DNA from: the human T2T-CHM13v2.0 reference genome, Homo sapiens
DNA: 64,000 bases
Direction: 5' to 3' (one strand)
NCBI RefSeq assembly: GCF_009914755.1
Contig: NC_060929.1
Position 1 is the stretch's first letter; each line of letters starts with the position of its first letter. The translations under genes and the position numbers were made by a program. The notes under the pieces are model-generated. The model saw nothing but the letters and a program-made list of their open reading frames with translations. It was not told the DNA's origin and ran no database searches. Below, piece after piece: positions 51,870-64,000 of this stretch.

Positions 51870-54245
51870 AAATCAAAAAGATAATCCAACATGATCAAAT
51901 GGGTTTCATACCAGGGATGCAGGGATGGTTTAACACATGCAAGTCGATAAATGTGATACACCACATAAACAGAATTTAAAACAAAAATCACATGATCATC
52001 TCAATAGATGCAGAAAAAGCATTCAACAAAATGTGGCATACCTTTATGATTAACTCTCAGCAAAATTGGCATACAAGGAACATACCTCTATATAATAAAA
52101 CCCATCTAAGACACACCCACAGTCAACATAATACTGAATGGTGAAAAGTTGAAAGCATTCCCTCTGAGAACCGAAATAAGACAAGGATAGCCACTCTTAC
52201 CACTCCTCTTCAGCATAGTACTGGAAGTCCTAGCCAGAGCAATCAGACAAGAGAAAGAAATAAAAGGCATCCAAATTGGTAAAGAGGAAGTCAAACTGTC
52301 ACTGTTTGCTGACAATATGATCGTTTACCTTGAAAACCCTAAAGACTCCTCCAGAGAGCTCCTAGAATGGACAAAAGAATTCAGCAAAATTTCTGGATAC
52401 AGGATTAATGTACAGAAATCAGTAGCTCTTCTATAAACCAACAGTGACCAAGTGGAGAATCAAATCAAGAACTCAACCCCTTTTACAATAGTTGTAAAAA
52501 AATAAAATACTTAGGAATATACCTAACCAAGGAAGTGAAAGGCCTCTACAAGGAAAACTACAAAACACTGCTGAAAGAAGTCATAGACAACACAAACAAA
52601 TGGAAAGACATCCCATGCTAATGGATGGATAGAATCGATATTGTGTATATGAACATACTGCCAAAAGCAATGTACAAATTCAACACAATCCCCATCAAGA
52701 TACCACCATCATTCTTCACAGAATTAGAAAAAAACAATTCTAAACTTCATATGGAAACAAAAAAGAGCCCACATAGCCAAAGCAAGACTAAGCAAAAATA
52801 ACAAATCTGGAGGCATCGTACTACCTGATTTCAAACTATACTATAAAGTCATTGTCACCAAAACAGCATGGTACTGGTATAAAAATAGGCAATAGGCCAA
52901 TGGAACAGCATAGAGAACCCAGAAATAAACCCAGATACTTACATCCAATTGATATTCAACAAGCAAACACAAACATAAAGTAGGGGAAAGGACACCGTTT
53001 TCAACAAATGGTGCTGGGATAATTAGCTAGCCACATGTATGAGAATGAAACTGAATACTCAACTCTCACCTTATACAAAAATGAACTTAAGATGGATTAA
53101 GGACTCAAATCTAAGACCTGAAGCTATAAAAATTCTAGAAGATAACATTGGAAAAATCCTTCTAGACATTGGCTTAGGCAAGGATTTCATGAACTAGAAC
53201 ACAAAAGTAAATGCAATAAAACAAAGATAAATAGCTGGGACTTAATTAAACTAAAGAGTTTTGCACAACAAAAGGAATAGTAAGTAGAGTAAACAGACAA
53301 CCCACAGAGTGGGAGAAAATCTTCACAATCTATACATCTGACAAAGGACTAATATCTAGAATCTACAACAAATTTAAACAAATCAGTAAGAAAAAAAAAC
53401 AAACAATCCCATCAAAAAGTGGGCTAAGGACATGAATAGACAATGCTCAAAAGAAGATGTACAAATGGCCAACAAACATCTAAAAAATTGCTCAACATCA
53501 CTAATGATCAGGGAAATGCAAATCAAAACCACCATGTGATACCACCTTACTCTTGCAGGAATGACCATAATCAAAAAATGAAATAACAGTAGATATTGGC
53601 ATGGATGTGGTGAACAGGAACACTTTTACACTGCTGGTGGGAATGTAAACTAGTACAGCCACTATGGAAAACAGTGTGGAGATTCCTTAAAGAACTAAAA
53701 GTAGAACTACCATTTGATCCAGCAATCCCACTACTGGGTATCTACCCAGAGAAAAAGAAGTCATTATTTGAAAAAGATACTTGCATACACGTTTGTAACA
53801 GCACAATTCACAATTGCAAAATTGTGGAACCAACCAAAATGCCCATCAATCAACAAGTGAATAAACTGTGATATACATATACATATGATGGAATACAACT
53901 CAGCCATAAAAAGGAATGAATTAATGGCATTTGCAGCAACCTGAATGAGACTGAAGATTATTATTCTAAGTGAAGTAATTGAGGAATGAAAAACCAAACA
54001 TCGTATGTTCTCACTGATATGTGGGAGCTAAGCTATGAGGACACAAAGGCATGAGAATGATACGATGGACTTTGGGGACTTGAGGGGAGAGGTGGGAAGG
54101 GGGTGAGGGATAAAAGACTACAAATAGGGTACAATGTGTGATGCTCAGTGATGGGTGCACCAAAATCTCACAAATCACCACTAAAGAACTTAATCATGTA
54201 ACCAAATACCACCTGTACCCCAATAACTTATGGAAAAATAAAAAT
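51870..54245 (+). mobile_element. L1PB1-like, 5'-truncated; inactivated ORF2 (reverse transcriptase to C-terminus) plus 3'UTR
   Basis: RT motif reads LFADNM at 52302-52319 (canonical FADDM); stops and frameshifts; 3'UTR gcaccaaaatctcacaaatcaccactaaagaactt. Confidence 0.95.
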
Positions 54246-54444
54246 AATTTAGAAAAATGAAATTATGAGAAAGGGACTCTTTATGTCACCACATTGAAGA
54301 TTCTCATCTTCAATAAATTTATGTACCAGGAACTGACTAAACGATTATTGTTCAAATATATTTTTAAGATATGTCATAAGAAAAATGAAAGAATGTAAGT
54401 ATCCTACATAGAAGTTGTATATCTGTAGCCTTCCTTTCTTCCAT

Positions 54445-54720
54445 CCCACTAGTATTTATAAAGTACCTACTATATATAGCTCAAGCACTCTGCTAGGCAT
54501 GAGAATTAAAGAATAGTGATAGTACTTGTGTGACCTCAAGAACTTCACAGTCTAGTGGAGGAGACATTCATGTAAATGAAAAATAACAATATCATGTGTT
54601 AATAGAGATAAATACATGTAAGATGATAGGGCTCAGAGGATAGGTGGAAGAAGTGAGCCTCAAGCAGGGTAGAGAATATTTCTACCCTTGTCAAAAGATG
54701 AGGAGGAAATGGTAAATGCA
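54445..54720 (-). mobile_element. L2 fragment
   Basis: agtacctactat...gcactctgctaggc...cctcaagaacttcacagtctagtggag. Confidence 0.65.
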
Positions 54721-55019
54721 GTGTCAGAAAAAGTGAACATACAGAATGCCTTACAAACACCAAAATGAAGGAATAGTCACCAAATGTGACTATTTTTATA
54801 CACTTATTTTTAAGCTTCAAGATGGGCTCTTATTTGTACACAATTTTTGTTTTTATACAAATTAAAAAATAGCTCATTTAATTCCTTATTTGACTCAGTT
54901 TCATGAGAGCAGGGCCCATGGTCTTCTAGTTTATACCATGTTTCCGATATCTGCACCATGTCTAGTGCATCATAGGTACTCACTAAGCATTTTTAAAAAT
55001 GAATCTATTTATGGAATGG

Positions 55020-56665
<1,646 letters not shown>

Positions 56666-56896
56666 TTGTTTAATAAATATTTAATTGAATAAATCAAACA
56701 ACTAATCAATTGAACTGAGAAATGGTAAAACTAGTTACTGTGTATCATTTAGACAAAAATAAAGTAGTTAAAATTCTTAGAACAGAATACAGAAAACTAA
56801 GTATGTGAGGCGGATATTACTCAGAATGAGAACACAGGTAGAGAATTGAGAGCAGAGGACAGGCCTCCTCCTTCTCTTCCACTTCTAATCACTAGA

Positions 56897-57180
56897 CCAG
56901 GGATTTTCATTAGTCAAACCATCTGGCCTGCAGATGGATTTGTTTGATTGTCATGATTTTTTTTTTAAATAAATTGAGTCAACATGGAACAATTGAGAAA
57001 TTTCAAATACAAATATAGCCGTCGAGATTTTCTTTAAAAATCAGAAATCTAACACACTGGGCTACAACTCCTTTATGGCCACATTAGGCTGAAGCTGATG
57101 GAACAGGGGCAGGCTGGGTCTCTAGTATCACCACTGTCTTTGTGACATATTGTCTCTTGGACTGGGCTCATTTAATTCCC
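56897..57180. mobile_element. Probable hAT-Charlie MER relic
   Basis: cagggattttca...atctggcctgcagat...aaaaatcagaaatctaacacactggg. Confidence 0.45.
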
Positions 57181-58108
57181 AGCCTGGCTTTACCTGAAAA
57201 ATCCTTAAAAGAGTTATTGAAACAAAATGTTTTCACTTTCTCACCTCCTGTTTTTTCCTGATCCCTCTCCAGTGGATCTGCTCTTTTCAAAGTCTTTGCT
57301 GACTGAAATCTTGCCAAATAGTTGGCAATTCTTTGTCTTCGTTGTAGTCAGTTTCTTGGTATAATATTTGCCAAGGTTGACCATATGCCCCTTCTTGAAA
57401 CTTTAATCTTGAAAACTTCCACGATGCCACAGTCCTTTGTTTCCCTTCTATCTTACCAATTACTCTTTGGTTTCTCTTGCTTGTTGTTACTACTCTGGAG
57501 CTTCTAAATGTTGTGCTCCAGAGCTTTGGCCTCAGCCTTTTCTATCTTATCTATCTGCCTTCTCTCTGGATAGGCTTGCCCAGTTTCATTGCTTTAAATA
57601 CCAACTGTTGATGATTCTTAAATCTGTATCTCTCTCTTTTGACCTTGCTCCTGAACTCTATCTAGATCTGAAAATCTAGTTGCTTACTGGGAATCTTCAT
57701 CTGGATGTCCAATAGGCATTTCAAACTTAATCTGTTCAAAACAGGACTTTTGATCCTCCTTCCCAAGCAGCCTTCCCAGTCTTTTTCATCTCAGTGAATG
57801 GAATCACCATCCACCTGTGCCCAGGTCAAAAACCTGGACATCTTTGATTTCTATTTTCCTATTAAACTTCTACCCAATTTATTCACCAGTCTTGTGGCTT
57901 TCCAAAATACATCCTGAATAGTTCTCAGCATCTCCACTGTCTCAGTGCTCGTCTTAACCACCAGTATCTCTTTCCTTCCAGATGGCCCCCCACTGCTTCC
58001 TCTCTTGCTTCCCCATGGTCCACTATCCATGAAGCTGCTACAATATTTTAAAAAGGCATATTCTGTTTTTAAAAAACCTTCCAATGGGAGCCCATTACAT
58101 TTAGCATC

Positions 58109-58462
58109 TGTCTTAGTCTGTTTTGGCTAATTTAATAACTTAGGCTGGATAAGTTATAAACAACAGAATTTTATGGAATCTGGGAAGTCCAAAATGAAGG
58201 TGCTGGCAGGTTTGGTGTCTGGTGAGGGATTGATCTCTGTTTTATAGATGGCGCCTTCTGGCTGCATCCTCACACGGTGGAGTTGGAGAACAAGCTCCCT
58301 TGAGCCTCTTTTATAAAGACACTAATCCCATTCACAAAGGCTTTACCCTCAATGACCTAATCACCTCCTAGAGGCCCCACCTGTTAATGCTATTACATTG
58401 GGATCATGCTGTTACATAGGGGATTATGAATCTTGGGAGGCGCAAACATTGAGACCATAGCT
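58109..58462 (-). mobile_element. MST/MLT1A-like MaLR solo LTR
   Basis: tgtcttagtctg...ctgggaagtccaa...gtgtctggtgaggg...caaacattgagaccatagc; TSD gcatc 58104-58108 / 58463-58467. Confidence 0.88.
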
Positions 58463-58779
58463 GCATCCAAATGCCTTATCCTGAAATAAAAAGCCCTATG
58501 TGATTGGGCTGCTGCCTACCTCTGCACTTTTTGTACCACTCCCTACTTTAACTACCATGCACCAGCTATATGCGCCTTCTTTCAATTCCTGAAAAATCAC
58601 AAGCTTTTTTCTTCCTCAGGACCTTTGCATGGGTGCTCTCTGCCTGGAGTCTCTTTGTCCAGATGCTTGCACACCTGGCTTTTCATTAATATCCAGGCCT
58701 CAGCTTAAATGTTGCATTCGGCAAGAGGCCTTTCCTGACCACCCTATTGAAAGTGGCCACCAGCCATTTACTATTACAG

Positions 58780-58972
58780 CTTTCTTCTTCTTCCTCTTTC
58801 TTTCTCTTCTCCTCCTTCTTCTCCTCCTCCTTCTTCTTTCTTCCTCCTCCTTCCTCCTCCTCCCTCCCCCTCCCATCCCCCTCTCCTCCTCTCTTCCTCC
58901 TCCTCCTCCTCTTCTTCTTCTTCTTCTTCTTCCTCCTTCCTCCTTCCTCCTTCTTCCTTCTTTCTTCTCCTT
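58780..58972. repeat. Polypyrimidine (CTT/CCT)n tract, expanded Alu tail
   Basis: About 190 nt almost purely C/T, directly abutting the Alu 3' end. Confidence 0.92.
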
Positions 58973-59133
58973 TTAAGAAAGAGTCTCATGCTATTGCCCA
59001 GGCTGGAGTGCAGTGAGGCAGTGAGTTGCCCACTCATGGCTCACTGCAGCCTCAACCTCCTGGGCTCAGGTGGTCCTTCCACCTCTGCCTCCTTAGTAGC
59101 TGGGGCTACAGGCATGTACCACCACACCCAGCT

Positions 59134-59169
<36 letters not shown>

Positions 59170-59284
59170 TGGTGGGGCTTTGCCATATTGACCAGGCTGG
59201 TCTTGAGCTCCTGAGCTCAAGCAATCCACCTGCCTTGGCCTCCCAAAGTGCTGCAATTACAGGTATGAACTATTGCACTTGGCC
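58973..59284 (-). mobile_element. AluJ with expanded middle A-tract
   Basis: ctcactgcagcctcaacctcctgggctcagg; about 32 T in the linker. Confidence 0.92.
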
Positions 59285-59984
59285 GAACCTTCTGTTTAGT
59301 AACCTGCATATCAGTTATCATTGGCTTTCCCTTTTTATTATTACCCTATTATTTGCCTCTTCCCTCAGAATTTAGCTATAGAAGGGCAGAGTCTTCAACA
59401 TGCTGACCCCTCCATCTCTACTATCTATGAAAATGCCTAACACAGGGTAGGAGCTTGATGATTTTTGGCTGAATGAATGAGTGCAAATATTGCGAATGAA
59501 GATTCCTGATGAATTCTTATTGTCCAGTATTGTCAAACTTTCCCCACTCCTTGTACTATTTCTGCGGACAAATGAGCTGTTTAAATGGGATTGAGGATAT
59601 ATGGCTTTAATGCAAAAATTAATTAATTAAAACATGTATTGGGAAACAAAGATATGTAGGAAGTGAAACATTTCAGTTATTGTGTGTCATATATATGGTC
59701 ATGCTGCTTTAAAATATTGACAAAATATAGTATTACAACACCAAGAAGAGAAATGTAGTCTGGAACCCCTAAATTAGATATGACTCAATAACACTCCTAA
59801 TGGGGGTTGGGATGTCTGTAGAGATCTTTTTATTTCCATCAGATGTCCTCTTCTAACTTACCTGAGAAAATACTCATATTTTTGTTTACCACATTATCTG
59901 ATTTCACTAATAATAATTACACCGAAAATGAAATTCAACTTACATTCTTCACCATTACAAAAGTCTGTAGAAATATCTTTTGAT

Positions 59985-60695
59985 GAGATACCATCTCACA
60001 CCAGTCAGAATGGCATTATTAAAAAGTCAAGAAACAACAGGTGCTGGTGAGGTTGCAGAGAAATAGGAATGTTTTTACATTGTTGGTGGGAATGTAAATT
60101 AGTTCAACCGTGTGGAAGACAGTGTGGAAACTCCTCAAAGATTTAGAACAGGGAATACTATTTGATCTAGCAATCCCATTACTGGGTATACACCCAAAGG
60201 AATAGAAATCATTCTATTATAATGATACATGCACACGTATGTTCATTGCAGTACTATTCATAATAGCAAAGACAGGGAATCAACCCAAATGCCCATCAGT
60301 GATAGACTAGATAAAGAAAACATGGTATATATACACCAATGAATATTATGAAGCCATAAAAAGGAATGCATTCATGGCCTTTGCAGGGACATGGATGAGA
60401 CCGGAAGCCATTATCATCAGCAAACTAATACAGGAACAGAAAACCAAACACTGCATGTTCTCACTCATAAGTGAGAGCTGAACAATAAGAACACATAGAC
60501 ACAGGGAGGGGAACAACACACCCTGGGGCCTGTCAGGGGAGGGCACGGTGGAGAGAGTGTTAGGAAAAATAGCTAATGCATACTGGGCTTAATACCTAGG
60601 TGATGGGTTGATAGGTGCAGCAAACCACCATGGCACACATTTACCTATGTAACAAACCTGTACATCCTGCACATGTACCCTGGAACTTAAAATAA
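59985..60695 (+). mobile_element. L1PA11-13-like 5'-truncated 3' end
   Basis: gatgggttgataggtgcagcaaaccaccatggcacac; perfect 16-bp TSD agaaatatcttttgat 59969-59984 / 60696-60711. Confidence 0.94.
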
Positions 60696-60723
60696 AGAAA
60701 TATCTTTTGATTATACTTGCAGG

Positions 60724-61035
<312 letters not shown>

Positions 61036-61939
61036 ATATTTGTAGTTTTCACTACTGCTTATCATGCAGTTTGTTGTGGATCCCAGTATTTTATGCATTT
61101 CCAAATCAATGGTCATAATGGACTGAATTTTACCTTTGCCAAGTGTGCCAGTGAGAAGTCTTCCTGAAGATAAATAACTATATTAAGGACAAATGTCACC
61201 AGAAAGGTATTATCCCTGTATGCATGCACTTAAATACAGGGCAAACTGTGCAGCCTTTATTTTAAGCACACTGCTATATGTCTTGGTGATTTATTTGTTT
61301 AAAAATTTAGAAGTCAGAAATTCTCTCCATTCTGCTAGTCTTTCTCTAGCTGCAACTTCTTATCCACAGGAGATTTTTCTTTCTATTTAAACAATTTCTG
61401 GAGATTTGAGTACTTTCTTGTTGACTACATTTAGATGAGTAGTTTTATCTCAGCCAAAAGCTTCTCTCCGTTCCTGTGTGGAGTCTAAGTAGACTTCATA
61501 TAAACTACTCCTGCAGCTTTTCGGGTTGCTGAAAGACTGAGACAAGGTCTGCTTATTTTAGGGAGCAAACCAACATGCGAGGACCGTAACAAGGTTGGAT
61601 GGCTACTTGCTGGGTGTAATTTTCTTTGAGCTATTTTATAAAGATGATTAATGACAGCATGTGCCTAATCACATGAGTATCAGAGTCCAGCTGTCTGGGA
61701 GTGAGAGGTAGAGGGATATTAATCAGCTCTATATGAAATGTGATATCCAGGGTGAGAACTATTCTCTATCATTTCCACTGTCATCCCCCGACTGGTGCAT
61801 TTGATCCTAAGCTCCGAATAATTCCTGCTCTCCGGTATTGTCAGGCTTTCCCCCATTCCTGGATTCTTTCCCTCTGCTGACAAATGAGCTGAAATCACCC
61901 CCCTTTAAATGGATTGAGGATATATGGCATTAATTCAAT

Positions 61940-62200
61940 AATTAATTTAACAATATTTATGGAGGAGCAAAGCAATTCTAGGCTTTGTAGATGCAGGAGT
62001 AGACAAGACAGTCAAGGTTGCTGTTCTCATTAAAGTTACATTCTAAGGAGAAGGGGGCTGATGGTGGGGAAGACAATAAACAAATAAATGAATGAGAAGC
62101 ATGGATGTTAGCATCAAGCACTATGTGGGAAATGAAGAGGGTGATGGGATTGATAGTAACTGATGGGGCATGGGGAAGACTGCTCTAGGTTAAGCTGGTA
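61940..62200 (-). mobile_element. L2 3' fragment
   Basis: ttaacaatatttatgg...gacaagacagtcaaggttgctg...ttacattctaag...agacaataaacaaataa. Confidence 0.7.
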
Positions 62201-62419
62201 TTTGTGTGGAAGTCTGGTGGGATCCACAAAGTCTGTTCCCTTCCTTCATCTTCCATCTTCTATAGCATCTCTATCCATTCGGGCCAAACTTCTAGGAAGT
62301 ATGGTTTGATCTACTGGAACCTGAATCCCTTCCAGCCACTGATTCCTTTACCTTACAGTCTGGCATCACTAAAACGACTCCAAGCTTTCCTCATAACTAT
62401 TATGTAAGCCTGGCTTTTG

Positions 62420-62590
62420 TGGCTCAGACACTGTATTCTCAGTGCTATTCTCATTTACTTCTCTCAACAGTCTAATAAGGCAGGTACTAATATTACCCTT
62501 GCTTTTCATTTTACTTATGCAGCCCAGAGACATTACATAACTTGCCAAGCTGTAAGTGGAGGAAAGTGCGTCCTTTACCACTGGGCCAGC
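62420..62590 (-). mobile_element. MIR fragment
   Basis: ctcatttacttctctcaacag...aggtactaatatta...aacttgccaag. Confidence 0.55.
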
Positions 62591-62875
62591 TGCCTTTCTG
62601 ACCTCATGATTTTCCAGGAAGTGTAGCCCTAGAACACCCCAAACTCCCATAGCTAGCTAATAATCCCTCTATCAAGTCTTTTCTGAAACTCCCCACCCAA
62701 CACTTCCCCTTAGAGAACTGGCAACCTTGTGCTTCCACTATTGCCCGCACACTCTGTTTCACACCACCTGCACCCTTTTATTAACCTCATCTGATCAAGT
62801 TGAGTCTGTCCCTGCAGGGTTGCAGGCTCCTCCACTTCATGGCATACCTAGCATATTTGACACCCTGAGAAGATC

Positions 62876-63170
62876 TTTTTTTTTTTTTCTGAGATGGAGT
62901 TTTCTCTTGTTGCCCAGGCTGGAGTGCAGTAGCGCGATCTCGGCTCACACAACCTCTGCCTCCCGGATTCCAGCTATTCTCCTGCCTCAGCCTCCTGAGT
63001 AGCTGGGATTACAGTTATGTGCCACCATGTCCAGCTAATTTTGTATTTTTAGTAGAGATGGGGTTTCTCCATGTTGGTCAGGCTGCTCTCGAACTCCCGA
63101 CCTCAGGTGATCCATCCGCCTCAGCCTCCCAAAGTGCTAGGATTACAGACGTGAGCCACCGTGCTTGGCT
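62876..63170 (-). mobile_element. AluSp/Sq-like
   Basis: tctcttgttgcccagg and tttctccatgttggtcagg; TSD gagaagatc 62867-62875 / 63171-63179. Confidence 0.95.
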
Positions 63171-64000
63171 GAGAAGATCATTTTTTTAATACCTTCCTCC
63201 TCAATATGTTGACATTGTTTTCAATAATAATCATGAAATGAAGTGAATAATAGTGGCCAGAAAAGAAATGTAGAAAGTATAAATTTTCTATTATTATGTT
63301 TCATGTATATGGTCATGTCCGATTAAAAAATATTTAAAAAGATAATATTATAATACACAAAAATTAAGATGGCTTAATGTGTTTTAATTATGCCACTGTA
63401 TGTTTTGAACAAAAGGAAAAAATTCATACCTACCAATTGGTCTGCCACAGAAATGAATGACAGTATTATATTTCTGTTTCCTTGACTTACGTGCATTTGC
63501 CAATGACTTTATCAAAATTATTCTTTTCACATATTCATGTTCAATAGATGGCTAGCCAGATTTCTCAGTCTATCTTCACTTATGGTTGATTAAAGAATGT
63601 GTTTTAAAAATTAATTTTGGAAACTTTTGCACAAAGTAACAGATATAAAGGAAAGGTCTGAAATGTAAGTTTGGCAGAAATACATAAAAATCTCTCTGCA
63701 CAATATATTCCACAAATTGCAATAAGGTCTATGTCTTTGTTTATTTGGGATCAATTCTAGCAGCCTTCACATGGCTCTGTAGTCAAAAAATTTAAATACA
63801 AATAAAAACTCCATGTGTTTACAGAGAACGGCAGAGTTAAAATAACTCAAGTTGTATTTTTCATCTTTACAATCCCTACGTTGCCATTTATAATTTTAGG
63901 TTTTCTGTTTAAATGCAGGAATATGTGATACCAAAGGTTTGGAGACACACTGAGCCCAAAGCACATTGAAACAAATTGCTACAAATTTTACTCAAAACAA

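Larger units (their letters stand above)
57230..59485 (+). mobile_element. L2 (~1.3 kb net) interrupted by a MaLR LTR and an AluJ
   Basis: gctttaaatacca, atctggatgtccaataggcatttcaaactt, caggacctttgca, gaggcctttcctgaccaccct, tgaatgaatga tail at ~59470. Confidence 0.85.

Noticed and set aside
51870-53870. L1 ORF2 as an active reverse transcriptase gene
   Set aside because: 5'-truncated, frameshifted, and the catalytic FADD is changed to FADN

Overview
This is primate (human-like) non-coding genomic DNA: AT-rich, CpG-depleted, with no CpG island, and roughly half made of interspersed repeats. I count 14 Alu/FRAM elements, many MIR and L2 relics, about 11 L1 fragments (including a 2.4-kb dead L1PB ORF2), MaLR/ERVL/ERV1 solo LTRs and hAT-type DNA transposon relics, several of them nested. 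I cannot support any protein-coding gene or RNA gene. The supplied ORFs are explained by repeats, low complexity or chance. The window is probably intergenic or deep intronic, and I cannot name the locus. The most notable signals are local self-copies that repeat families do not explain: a 75-bp, 97%-identical inverted copy of L2 sequence at a THE1 end 1.9 kb from its source; a fold-back insertion inside an L1PB; a 53-bp unique direct duplicate; and an older split duplication at 59.5/61.8/63.3 kb. There are also AG|GTAAG recursive-splice-like motifs, a few candidate small exons and candidate enhancer motif clusters. I found no evidence for a new multi-gene biological system. Repeat subfamily names are from recalled consensus sequences, and boundaries of old repeats are approximate.
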